20,000 bases of DNA from an uncultured virus (IMG/VR IMGVR_UViG_3300022602_000072) (IMGVR_UViG_3300022602_000072); one strand, 5' to 3'. Counted from the stretch's first letter, positions 1-8,953 are shown. The notes: generated by a model from the sequence alone, not told the origin. Made by a program: numbers and translations.

Positions 1-1
1 A

Positions 2-274
2 ACTTCGTTTGCTCTATTTGAGAACAATGATTATCGTCTATGGACAAGAATCAATACTGCTCTCAATAGCTTCCTCTTTGCATACTGGAATAATGGAAAC
101 TTGCGTGGAAATACTTCTGCTCAAGCTTACTACGTAATTTGTAACGATTCAAACAACTCATTTACTGACATCCAAAATGGAAAAGTCAATATTACAGTTG
201 GCGTTGCACTAGAATATCCGGCTGAGTTTGTTGTCATTCAAATTGGACAACTTACTGGAAACGCTACGGCATAA
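2..274 (+). CDS. Contractile tail sheath protein, C-terminal fragment (5' truncated by the window edge)
   Basis: Not in the ORF track. My translation of frame 2 gives TSFALFENNDYRLWTRINTALNSFLFAYWNNGNLRG...AYYVICNDSNN...IQNGKVNITVGVALEYPAEFVVIQIGQ*. FE.ND..LW and PAEF are typical sheath C-terminal motifs. It lies directly upstream of the tube gene. Confidence 0.92.
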   Translation, partial: TSFALFENNDYRLWTRINTALNSFLFAYWNNGNLRGNTSAQAYYVICNDSNNSFTDIQNGKVNITVGVALEYPAEFVVIQIGQLTGNATA

Positions 275-288
275 GGAGAAGATAAAAA

Positions 289-963
289 ATGGCAATAACT
301 AACCAAAATCAACTAAGTAACTTGATGACGGATCCGGTCCGTAATTTTAAGTTCCTTGTGCAATTTAGCCCAATCTCCCCAGATGGTAAAACCCAAGATG
401 CTTACTGGAATAAGAGTGCATCTCAGAGTACGGCAAACTCATTTGGTACGATGGGGTTTGTTTCCCTTACCGGCCTAAGCGTATCGACAGAGTCGATTGC
501 TTACCGTGAAGGCGGATACAACACCAACGTTCACCAGATTCCAGGACAAAGCTCATTTACACCAATCACCCTTACTAAAGGTGTTATGTTGGGACAAATG
601 GGTAACGCTGACTGGATGCGCCGTTTGTTTACCGTACTAACCCCACAGTCGGGGCCTTCAGTCGGTGAGCAATTCCGTTGCAACCTAGATATCCAGGTTC
701 TTACTCATCCAAATCCTGGCTTCACTGCAGGAAGCGATTCTACTTCTATGGGTGATGGTGCAACAAGTTCACCACACACCTCACTTCGTTTCAAGGTCTA
801 TAACGCATGGATTACATCCTTGACCTATAGCAACCTTGATGCAGGTGCTAACACCCTCATGGTAGAGGACATTACTTTGGTACATGAAGGATTCGATGTA
901 TCATACGCAACTGATTACACAAAGAGTGGAACAGCCCCAGGTCTTGGCGGCTATAACGCATAA
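289..963 (+). CDS. Tail tube protein (T4 gp19 / eCIS tube-like)
   Basis: Motifs DPVRNFKFLV, GLSVSTESIAYREGG, IPGQSSFTPITLTKG, VYNAW and LDAGAN..MVEDITLVHEG match the gp19-like tube family. Strong SD AAGGAG at 273-278. Confidence 0.92.
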   Translation: MAITNQNQLSNLMTDPVRNFKFLVQFSPISPDGKTQDAYWNKSASQSTANSFGTMGFVSLTGLSVSTESIAYREGGYNTNVHQIPGQSSFTPITLTKGVMLGQMGNADWMRRLFTVLTPQSGPSVGEQFRCNLDIQVLTHPNPGFTAGSDSTSMGDGATSSPHTSLRFKVYNAWITSLTYSNLDAGANTLMVEDITLVHEGFDVSYATDYTKSGTAPGLGGYNA

Positions 964-989
964 TCTATTAAAATAAAAAGGTACACAAT

Positions 990-1802
990 ATGACTACAAA
1001 AACAGTAAACGCAGCACTAGATCCATCAGTAGCTAACAAGCTAGCTACAGAAGCAATGTCTGATCAGGAGGCAACAGTTAAGGCTTTTAAGCCTGACGTT
1101 AAGTTGCCTCCTGCTACAGATGTAGAATTGCCTGGTGGCTTAATGGATCCCTTTAGCGGACTCATTAAGACAGCAGAAGTAAGGGAGCTCAATGGAGCTG
1201 ATGAAGAGGCCATCTCTAAGATGGCTGATCCAGGCCGAGCTCTCCTTACAATTCTAGAACGAGGCACAGTAAAGATTGGCTCTGAGAAGGTAACTGAACC
1301 ACTATTAGATTCACTCTACGCTGGTGATAGGGAAGCAATCCTATTAGCTATTAGAAAAGCTACCTTTGGTTCAGATGTTAAGCTTGGACCAGCTCCTTGC
1401 CCATCATGCGGTGAAGAGCAGGTATTTGAAGTAGATTTAGATAAAGATGTTCCAGTAAAGACTCTGGAAGGTCCTGGAGAATTTACAGTAGATTGTAAGG
1501 TAGGAGAGGTAAGAGTTACCCTTCCTAAGGGCTCTGCTCAGAAGGCTGTCATTACTTCTAGCAACAAAACTGCAGCAGAACTAGATACAATTATTCTTAA
1601 TAACTGCGTGTTATCTATAAATGACACGCTTGTAATAAGTCCGGCAGCTGTGAGGAATCTCAGCATCATGGACCGCAGGAAGATTTTAGAAGAGATTACA
1701 GACCGCAACCCTGGCCCACAACTCAGTGAAATAAAAGTCTCATGTCAATTCTGCGGCACGGAGGTACCGCTTCCGCTAACTTTAGCGGAGTTGTTTCGCT
1801 AG
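990..1802 (+). CDS. Tail assembly chaperone / T4 gp26-like baseplate-hub assembly protein with two CxxC motifs
   Basis: Lies between tube and tape measure. Motifs VRELNGADEE, L..GDREAILLAIRKATFG, CPSC, LSIMDR, PGP and CQFC. Ends in ELFR. Confidence 0.7.
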   Translation: MTTKTVNAALDPSVANKLATEAMSDQEATVKAFKPDVKLPPATDVELPGGLMDPFSGLIKTAEVRELNGADEEAISKMADPGRALLTILERGTVKIGSEKVTEPLLDSLYAGDREAILLAIRKATFGSDVKLGPAPCPSCGEEQVFEVDLDKDVPVKTLEGPGEFTVDCKVGEVRVTLPKGSAQKAVITSSNKTAAELDTIILNNCVLSINDTLVISPAAVRNLSIMDRRKILEEITDRNPGPQLSEIKVSCQFCGTEVPLPLTLAELFR

Positions 1803-1824
1803 TGCAGTAGATTACGAGACCTTA

Positions 1825-1947
1825 ATGGATATGTACTACCTATTAACGGAGGAATATCCTGGATGGTCTTTAGAAGACGTACGTTCCCTAAGTATACGGG
1901 AACGCTTAAACTGGTTAAGTAAAGCTACGGGAAGAAAAAGGCGGTGA
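1825..1947 (+). CDS. Small tail assembly protein (P2 gpE'/T4 gp51-like W-motif peptide), possibly expressed as a +1 frameshift extension of the upstream gene
   Basis: Not in the ORF track. Translates to MDMYYLLTEEYPGWSLEDVRSLSIRERLNWLSKATGRKRR*. The GWS.E.V..L...ER..W pattern is typical of the second chaperone ORF ahead of tape measure genes. The frame is open from 1786 and fills the gap before the TMP. Confidence 0.75.
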   Translation: MDMYYLLTEEYPGWSLEDVRSLSIRERLNWLSKATGRKRR

Positions 1948-1952
1948 GTTAA

Positions 1953-4508
1953 ATGGCAGATGCCTATGGTAATGCAGTAGGGCCTTCAGATCAGCCTGGC
2001 TATGCAAGCGTAGAGTCAGCTGCCTTTGACGCCATGCCTAAAGAATGGCTAAAGCTATTTACAGATGTACGTAAGATCGTCAAAGAAATTGTTGACGATG
2101 TTAATACTTCTACTCAAAAGATACAGTCTGCCCGAGGTATTGTAGATCAAAATACCCCTGGCTCTGGAAGACTGGGTCTTGGAGCAATTACTAAAGGTCA
2201 AGCCCTATCTGGTTTAGGACTTGGCGTAGTTGCAACCGGTGCTCTTGGCATGTCCATGGCACCAAGCACAATGTCTGCGGTAACTCAGGCAATGGGTGCT
2301 TCAACCTATGCCGGCTTTGCAGGCATGACAAATATGCAAGCGACCCGTCTTGCTAATTCTCAAGTAGGTATGGGAGCTACAAGCGCTATGGGACCAACCA
2401 TGGCTGCTATGACCCTTTCTAATCTTGGCTATACAGCTAACTCTATGAGCTCACAAAATGTTATGAGCCAATTAGCGGGCCTTAGTGCTATGACCGGTAT
2501 GAGCAACGAACAAGCTGCTGGTGCTGTAGCAGGCGTAAATGGAATGAATTTCCTGCGTCTAGGTATCAGGGTTCGTGATAGCAAGGGTAACTTGCTTCCA
2601 CCTAACCAGATTGTTAACTCTGTATACAACGCTTTAATTCGTGGCAAGATTACTTCTCAACAAGCTGCCACCGCATTTTTAAATCCTGGTGGTAAGGGCT
2701 ATCAAGTTCTTCAACAAGTGTCTGGTGGCAATGCTGCCTTGATGCAAACACTGCAGTCCGGTATGATGGCCCGTGCTCAAATTGGTAGCGACATAACAGC
2801 TGCTCAAATGGGCAATGCTAAGACAATGCTTGGCGCTATGAATGTTGATAAGTCAAGCCCTATGTATTCTAATTTTGCAAATAACACTGCACAAGCCAAT
2901 GCGCTAGCTGCTACTGAGCAGGGGCTTGTTGGTGGATACAATACGGCGCTCAATACTAATGCGTCTTTAACAAATGATTTTGCCAGTGTTGCTAATGCAG
3001 CATCTGGTGTAACCCGAGCCCTTATGGGACTTAAGGGTATGCTTGAAACTTTTCCAAATGCTGGTGGTGTTGGAGGAACTCTAACTAGAGGTGCCGGAGC
3101 TATTGGCGGAGCTGCTATGAACGCCTATGCTATGAAAAAGGTTTTAGGGGGAATGGGAACAGCAGTAACAGTTGCTGAAGATGTTGGAACAGTTGCTAAG
3201 GACGCAGGTCTTTTAGCTAAGATTGGCGGGGTTGCTCTTAAGGCTCTCCCACTATTAGCATTCCTAGGTGGACCAGAAGATCATGGTGATGGTGGACACG
3301 GCGCATCTACAGGACAGGGCGGACCAACTAGCGGAACTCTTCCTGTACCTAAGAGCACCCCGATTACATCAAAGTACGGACCACGTGGTGGTGGAGCAAA
3401 GACAAAAGGTTTCCACGCAGGTATTGACTTTGGTGCCCAAACAGGAACTAGGGTATTTGCACACGCTGCCGGCACAGTAACCATCGTAGGCAATGGTGGT
3501 GGATATGGTAAGTATGTAGAAGTAGATCACGGAACCTATCGCACTCGTTATGCTCACTTAAAGTCTATCTCTGTATCAAGAGGACAAAAAGTTTCTGGTG
3601 GAGATATTATCGGCATTTCTGGTGCTACAGGTAATGTAACTGGACCTCACCTTCACTTTGAAGTATTGGTTAATGGTAAAAAAGTTGACCCAACTCCTTA
3701 CCTAAGTAACTCTACAAACGCCTCACCTAAAGCAGTTAATTCTTCTGTAGGTTCATTATCAAGCCAGGACATCAACTCTATTATTGCTAGCTTGGGACCT
3801 ACAGGCGCAAATAATGCAGGCAACATGTTTGGTGAAGCGGCAGCAAAAAATTTAAATAATGGAACTGCTTATTCCTTTTTCAAAGGTAAATTTCAAACTA
3901 CTCAAGGAACTATTCTTGGTACCGGCTCTCAGCAGGCTTGGGCTAAGACACTTCTACAAAAATTAGGTAAACCTACAACCTCTTCTAACATTGCTGCTTT
4001 AACTACTTGGGCTGCATACGAAGGCGGTCAGTGGCATAACTCAGCTCACTATAACCCTTTAAATACTGAGCAAGGTGCTCCTGGCGCTACTAATATGAAT
4101 ACTGAGGGAGTTAAGTCTTACGTATCTTGGGATCAAGGATACAAGGCAACCATAGCTACCCTAAATAATGGAAGGTATAAGAATATCCTTGCCGCCTTAG
4201 GTCGTGGAAATAATACTGGCGCCGTATTAAGTGCAGTAGACCATTCTCCTTGGGGCACACATATTCCTGGCTATGGTGGACCTGGAGCTGAATTAGGAAC
4301 TGCTGGAGTGGCAGTAAAGTACTCTAGTGGTCGTGGAGGCCCCGCATCTGTAAGCCCTCCTATGGTTGGATCTAATGTTGTAATTAACCTAAACATGAAG
4401 GTTCAAATTGCTCAGTCAAGTGTTGCTGAGGCTAAGAGACTAGTCAATATTGTTGGACAAGAGCTAAAGAATAGCGCTGTGCTTAAGAGCATTGGGGGAT
4501 CAATCTAA
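1953..4508 (+). CDS. Tape measure protein with an M23 peptidase domain and a C-terminal lysozyme-like domain
   Basis: The N-terminal ~440 aa are Ala/Gly/Met-rich and look helical. M23 motifs HAGIDFG, GGYG, YAHL and TGPHLHFEV lie at about 3360-3705. The segment WAAYEGG..HYNPLNT...GVKSYVSWDQGYKATIATL at about 3930-4270 resembles a lysozyme-fold hydrolase. Position is canonical for a TMP. Confidence 0.88.
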   Translation: MADAYGNAVGPSDQPGYASVESAAFDAMPKEWLKLFTDVRKIVKEIVDDVNTSTQKIQSARGIVDQNTPGSGRLGLGAITKGQALSGLGLGVVATGALGMSMAPSTMSAVTQAMGASTYAGFAGMTNMQATRLANSQVGMGATSAMGPTMAAMTLSNLGYTANSMSSQNVMSQLAGLSAMTGMSNEQAAGAVAGVNGMNFLRLGIRVRDSKGNLLPPNQIVNSVYNALIRGKITSQQAATAFLNPGGKGYQVLQQVSGGNAALMQTLQSGMMARAQIGSDITAAQMGNAKTMLGAMNVDKSSPMYSNFANNTAQANALAATEQGLVGGYNTALNTNASLTNDFASVANAASGVTRALMGLKGMLETFPNAGGVGGTLTRGAGAIGGAAMNAYAMKKVLGGMGTAVTVAEDVGTVAKDAGLLAKIGGVALKALPLLAFLGGPEDHGDGGHGASTGQGGPTSGTLPVPKSTPITSKYGPRGGGAKTKGFHAGIDFGAQTGTRVFAHAAGTVTIVGNGGGYGKYVEVDHGTYRTRYAHLKSISVSRGQKVSGGDIIGISGATGNVTGPHLHFEVLVNGKKVDPTPYLSNSTNASPKAVNSSVGSLSSQDINSIIASLGPTGANNAGNMFGEAAAKNLNNGTAYSFFKGKFQTTQGTILGTGSQQAWAKTLLQKLGKPTTSSNIAALTTWAAYEGGQWHNSAHYNPLNTEQGAPGATNMNTEGVKSYVSWDQGYKATIATLNNGRYKNILAALGRGNNTGAVLSAVDHSPWGTHIPGYGGPGAELGTAGVAVKYSSGRGGPASVSPPMVGSNVVINLNMKVQIAQSSVAEAKRLVNIVGQELKNSAVLKSIGGSI

Positions 4509-6415
4509 TGGCTGTCACATATACTTACGGCTACACTGTACAGGCATATATCAATTGGGATGCTGCATATAAAACTGATCCTAACCTTGATATAGTAAAC
4601 CTGCAGTACTACCCAAGCTACTTTCCTAACCTGTACCCAGTTCAAGCAGAGACAATAAACACGTCTACTAGTACAAAGTTTGAAGTTCAAAAGGGATTTG
4701 GACTAGTATTCCATGTTCGTCTTTATCAAATTAAAAACGATGGCGGCATTAAGACCTACTATGCGCTTAAGGAATCTTCTGATCTTCTTAAGCTTAAAAT
4801 GAACTTCGAGTCTCAGTATTTTTCTCCTGCATCTGTAGGGGCGTCTACTAACAACGCACCAACACAGTTAACCACCCCCACTATTGTTGGTGGCTCTAGT
4901 ATGCCATACTATACTTTTCAGACAACGCTTTCAGCGGCCGGTGCAACTCTTACACAACCTTACTCAGTAACTTTAGGTCAACAGGTTTCGGCTAATGATT
5001 TTAGTGGAACTTATGGAGGTGATACCTCAGTAACCCCTATTACTTTGGTCCCACTTAGCCCATCTCCAATTATAGTTATAGGAGAAGCTGTACCTATTCC
5101 TACTTACCCTAAAGGATTAACCACTTATATTCAAAGCAGGCCACCATGGAAAACCTCAGGATATCAAAATGCTGGTGGTGGAAGCTTAAATACTATTTTT
5201 GATAAATGTAATAAACAATGGTATGTATTATTTATTGGTACACCTACACCTAACTCAACAAATACGGCAAGTACGTACAATATTGCCTACTATACCTCTG
5301 CAGTTAGTGGGGATATTTCTACATACCTCGAACACATTATTGATATGAATCACGACATGAGTGATTATGATGGAAAAAATAGCCCTAGGACTGTGGCCCT
5401 GCAAACCATGCAGCAAATTGCTCTTGGGGATTGTATAGGGCAAAAGACTCTTAAAACTCCTGCCCCTTCTAATGGAGGCGCAGCTTCGCCTAATCCACCG
5501 GCTATGGGTACAGAACGGTTTAACCCACCTACCCACATGATGACTAAGACTGCACCGTTTGCACCAAACATTGTTGCGGCTCGTGCCTATGTGGGCTCAG
5601 AGCTTATGGTTACGGCTATGGCTGAAGATGTTTTAAAGCAGTATGCCTCTAGCAGCTTGGGAAAGATTATTCAGGATCCAAATGGAGCTGCTACTCTTAA
5701 TACTAATCCGGATCACATTAAAAATTTGGCGGTGGGTAAAGGACAGACAGCTGCTCAATGGGGATTTAGGTTTATGTATAACCCAACTACTTTCTCCTAT
5801 AGCACCGCATCTAATAATGCTGTTGACTGGACGCTTGGTTCATCAGATCCATCTATATTGTTACAAGGCAATCAGACTGTAAACGTGGAGCTTTATCTAA
5901 ACCGTATTGTGGATATGACCTACCTTCTTAGATATCCTACAGGTGGACCAGAGACTGCCGGCTCCTATGGTGGTGGCGGGTTAAGTGAAGAACAGGCTCA
6001 AGGCATTCTAAATAGAGGTACTGAATACGACATTGAATATTTATATCGTGTGCTAAATGGCGACCCTCTAACTAACTCACTTCTTCTTTCCGATAGCTAC
6101 AGAGGTTCGGGAGCTACCGCAGACTTTGGCTACACAACTGGAACTCCTTGCTGGCTTTATCTAAACGATAATCTTAGGTACTTTGGATCAGTGGCGTCTA
6201 TGCAGGTCAACCACATGATCTTTAACGTTCAGATGATTCCTATGTTAAGTGTGGTTAACATAACATTTACTAGGTACCCGGCTCTCTGGACTGACCCAAA
6301 TGCTGCAAAGGTTGTTAAGGGAACAAAGATTGGTACAGAAGCTAACTTTGTAACAACCATATCACAGTATCTAATTAGTAACGGCAATACTACCGGAACA
6401 GGAACAGGTGCCTAA
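4508..6415 (+). CDS. Baseplate/tail-tube initiator (gp48/CIS tube-like C-terminal domain) with a long N-terminal extension
   Basis: C-terminal GFRFMYNPTTFSYS...VELYLNR...YFGSVASMQVNHMIFNVQMIP..SVVNITF resembles tube-fold initiators. Lies between the TMP and LysM genes. Confidence 0.65.
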   Translation: MAVTYTYGYTVQAYINWDAAYKTDPNLDIVNLQYYPSYFPNLYPVQAETINTSTSTKFEVQKGFGLVFHVRLYQIKNDGGIKTYYALKESSDLLKLKMNFESQYFSPASVGASTNNAPTQLTTPTIVGGSSMPYYTFQTTLSAAGATLTQPYSVTLGQQVSANDFSGTYGGDTSVTPITLVPLSPSPIIVIGEAVPIPTYPKGLTTYIQSRPPWKTSGYQNAGGGSLNTIFDKCNKQWYVLFIGTPTPNSTNTASTYNIAYYTSAVSGDISTYLEHIIDMNHDMSDYDGKNSPRTVALQTMQQIALGDCIGQKTLKTPAPSNGGAASPNPPAMGTERFNPPTHMMTKTAPFAPNIVAARAYVGSELMVTAMAEDVLKQYASSSLGKIIQDPNGAATLNTNPDHIKNLAVGKGQTAAQWGFRFMYNPTTFSYSTASNNAVDWTLGSSDPSILLQGNQTVNVELYLNRIVDMTYLLRYPTGGPETAGSYGGGGLSEEQAQGILNRGTEYDIEYLYRVLNGDPLTNSLLLSDSYRGSGATADFGYTTGTPCWLYLNDNLRYFGSVASMQVNHMIFNVQMIPMLSVVNITFTRYPALWTDPNAAKVVKGTKIGTEANFVTTISQYLISNGNTTGTGTGA

Positions 6416-6417
6416 CA

Positions 6418-6699
6418 ATGATTGAGCGTGTATCACGATACTACGACGGTCCTTTGGGCCAAACTCCTAATAAGTACACAGGAAACTATGAGATATCTGT
6501 TTATAGAAAATTTCCTGATTACAAGGTAGTTAATTACCTTTTGTACTCTTGGAAAGACGGAGATAGTCTTGCTCACTTAGCAAATGTATATTGCGGTGGG
6601 TCTAAGTACTGGTGGGAAATTATGGATATCAACCCAGATATTTCTGACCCATTCTCTATACTTCCTGGAACAACTATTAGGGTTCCATATGGCAATTAA
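6418..6699 (+). CDS. LysM-domain baseplate protein (T4 gp53 / P2 gpX-like)
   Basis: YSWKDGDSLAHLANVYCGGSKYWWEIMDINP....PFSILPGTTIRVP is the typical baseplate LysM signature. Confidence 0.88.
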   Translation: MIERVSRYYDGPLGQTPNKYTGNYEISVYRKFPDYKVVNYLLYSWKDGDSLAHLANVYCGGSKYWWEIMDINPDISDPFSILPGTTIRVPYGN

Positions 6700-7549
6700 T
6701 GATTTTAGTCAGGATATACCTGCCCAACAAAACTTTGTTTGGAGTACGGCATCCTCTACTTCCTTTTTTGTTTCCTTTCCTAATACTCCGGATATGGACC
6801 TAATTCTTGTTGGGGCTGAACTTCATCAGGATATAGAAGAGCACGATCGCTTAGTGCTGCACTTTAAAGGCAAGCCTATGCTGAAGCGTGGTGCCATTGT
6901 ATCTAATGACCCTGTAGTATTTTCTTTTACGTCTGGAAAGATAAACTCTATCTGGCACGGATATGTGCACCATATAACTCAGGGCAATACCCATCAGGGC
7001 GGTAATACGGACATTGTCTGCGTAGGGGCATCCTCTATTCTTAAAGACACTGCTCAAAAGGTTTACACGAACACTACCTATGATAAGGTCGTTACTAGTG
7101 TAGGGACTTCTAAAGGTTTTGAAGTAATTGCTCAGAGGCATGGACAGCTTAAAGAAGTAATAGTTCAGACCGGCGAAAGCTACTGGCAGCTACTTAAGCG
7201 TATGGCTAGGGTAAGTGGATTTGCTCTTCTTGTCGAGAACATGACTATCTTTTTTGTATCTAAGGATAAGATTTTTCAAAGTAAGAAAAAAGGCGCCTCA
7301 TACTTTAAGTACGTAGATAGCGAAGTTACTGGAGTTACTACACGAGAGCTTCGTATGACTGGAACTATCCTAGAATTTAAGCCTATTATTTCTGATCAGA
7401 CTCCTGAGATGGGGGTAAGAATAGACAGGGTTATCTCTGGTATTGATAAGCAAACCGGAACCTTGATTAAGTCTAAGCACCCAAATACTGGACCTCTTCC
7501 AAGTAACCCTGGAGTTGTTATACCTAATGAGGAGTACTTCTTATCATGA
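6689..7549 (+). CDS. Baseplate hub protein, N-terminal part (gp27 / P2 gpD / VgrG-like)
   Basis: Motifs WHGYV, IVCVGAS..LK, IVQTGESYWQLLKRMARVSGF and IFFV. I moved the start to ATG 6689 (MAINDF), which overlaps the end of the LysM gene, instead of the track start at 6584. Confidence 0.8.
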   Translation: MAINDFSQDIPAQQNFVWSTASSTSFFVSFPNTPDMDLILVGAELHQDIEEHDRLVLHFKGKPMLKRGAIVSNDPVVFSFTSGKINSIWHGYVHHITQGNTHQGGNTDIVCVGASSILKDTAQKVYTNTTYDKVVTSVGTSKGFEVIAQRHGQLKEVIVQTGESYWQLLKRMARVSGFALLVENMTIFFVSKDKIFQSKKKGASYFKYVDSEVTGVTTRELRMTGTILEFKPIISDQTPEMGVRIDRVISGIDKQTGTLIKSKHPNTGPLPSNPGVVIPNEEYFLS

Positions 7550-8160
7550 GTAACTTTTCAAACAACACCCCAACATCTACTTTAAAATCTACGTATCAAA
7601 AGCACCATGTCTATGAGGTATCCGGTAGTTTAACTGAATCAAAGCATATTGCCGATAACTATGCAAACGCTAATCGCTATCAGCATAGGGCTGAGGTTCT
7701 TGTTGTCGGGGATTCAACTATACGTCCTTATGATCCAATATACCTTGACGGTCTACCTAATGGCATGTCTGGTTATTGGACAGTTCTTTCTGTACGTCAC
7801 GTATTTGGTGGTACTCCTGCCAGCTACATGCTGCGTCTAGAGGTAGGAACTGATGTAATTGGGGATGTAGATCCCAATGCCGCCAATAGATCAAACCTAC
7901 GGGATGTTCAAAGCGATCTTGCTGGACAATCTTTGACCTCATCAGGTGCTCAACTAACTCAGTACTCTTTGTCTCCAAATGCTAGTCCCATAGAACCTTT
8001 GACTAGCGCTAGCGACCCCACAGCTGTGGTTAACCCATCTCCAGTAGCTGTTCCAACTATCGCAGGTATAACTCCTAATAAGGATCATGCCCCTAATCTA
8101 AAGAATGTAAAAAGAACGGTACAATGGACCGCTAAGAGTAATGGGAAGGTCCTCAAATGA
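7546..8160 (+). CDS. Baseplate hub protein, C-terminal part (gpD-like) with a Pro-rich tail
   Basis: AEVLVVGDSTIRPYDPIYLDGL...SGYWTVLSVRHVF...Y.LRLEV is the conserved C-terminal barrel motif of gpD/gp27 hubs. ATGA overlap with the previous gene and GAGGAG upstream at about 7529-7534. Confidence 0.75.
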   Translation: MSNFSNNTPTSTLKSTYQKHHVYEVSGSLTESKHIADNYANANRYQHRAEVLVVGDSTIRPYDPIYLDGLPNGMSGYWTVLSVRHVFGGTPASYMLRLEVGTDVIGDVDPNAANRSNLRDVQSDLAGQSLTSSGAQLTQYSLSPNASPIEPLTSASDPTAVVNPSPVAVPTIAGITPNKDHAPNLKNVKRTVQWTAKSNGKVLK

Positions 8161-8567
8161 GTTTGCCTACAGAACATGAATACGGTTTTGATCCCCAAGG
8201 ACGCCACCGCTTTTATGGGATTTATTCAGCCCGAGTCACCAGTATCTCTGATCCTCTTAAAAAATATAGAATTCAAGTTCAGATACCTCAGCTACATGGT
8301 ACGGAAATACGGAACCATTGGATTCCGGCTTGCCTACCAGTAACCCATCTATCCTCTCAAGTTGCATCCTCGTTGACTACAACTGCTACCACTGCCTCGG
8401 GTGGAGATCCCCAAGGGGGAACCGTAACAGTTTCTATACCGGCCCTGACCGTTACCCCAAAGACGACACCAGTCCTTCCAGCCCTACCAACTGTGGGACA
8501 AAATGTTTGGATCATGTTTGAGGCTGGGGATCCTGAAAAACCAGTTTGGATTGGAGTACAAGCATGA
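8157..8567 (+). CDS. Central spike OB-fold protein (gp5/gpV N-terminal domain only)
   Basis: FYGIYSARVTSISDP.KKYRIQVQIPQL...W...C and LPTVGQNVWIMFEAGDPEKPVWIG are Gp5 OB-fold motifs. The protein ends right after them. Confidence 0.85.
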   Translation: MSLPTEHEYGFDPQGRHRFYGIYSARVTSISDPLKKYRIQVQIPQLHGTEIRNHWIPACLPVTHLSSQVASSLTTTATTASGGDPQGGTVTVSIPALTVTPKTTPVLPALPTVGQNVWIMFEAGDPEKPVWIGVQA

Positions 8568-8953
8568 CCTTGGCAATTAATTACCCATATACAATAGACG
8601 CATCTGGGGTTGTGGGGTCTACCTCTAACCCACCTAAGATATACTTAGACAGAGTTTTAACCTTACTTTCCACGAGTATTGGCCAGCGTCCTATGCTACC
8701 TACATACGGAGTGGACTGGAGTACTGCCCTTTTTGAAAACGATAACATAGCTCAACCAGCTATATCGTCTGCGATTAGGACAGCCATAGCAAAATGGCTA
8801 CCAGAGGTAAAGGTTAACTCAATATCCTTTGGATTAAATACTAGGAACGGAATTGAACTCGTAACCTTAGGGCTAACTTTGCCTGACAGCACAGTTACTA
8901 GCCTTACGGTTAATACAAATCAGTTGAACTACGACGGAACGATTGCGGGATAA
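8564..8953 (+). CDS. Baseplate wedge / sheath initiator (gp25 / gpW-like)
   Basis: LLSTSIGQRPMLPTYG and IRTAIAKWLPEV are gp25 motifs. Start taken at ATG 8564 (ATGA overlap, GGAG at 8553-8556). Confidence 0.88.
   Translation: MTLAINYPYTIDASGVVGSTSNPPKIYLDRVLTLLSTSIGQRPMLPTYGVDWSTALFENDNIAQPAISSAIRTAIAKWLPEVKVNSISFGLNTRNGIELVTLGLTLPDSTVTSLTVNTNQLNYDGTIAG

Noticed and set aside
1800..1922. TAG readthrough or -1 frameshift at the end of the chaperone gene
   Set aside because: The 0 frame stays open to 1922 but encodes no recognisable motif, and the -1 frame stops at 1808-1810. The conserved-looking peptide is in the +1 frame.
6584..6688. Longer N-terminus of the hub gene as given in the track (similarly 8546, 16964 and 18637)
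   Set aside because: These starts overlap upstream genes more than needed. Downstream ATGs give typical short overlaps.
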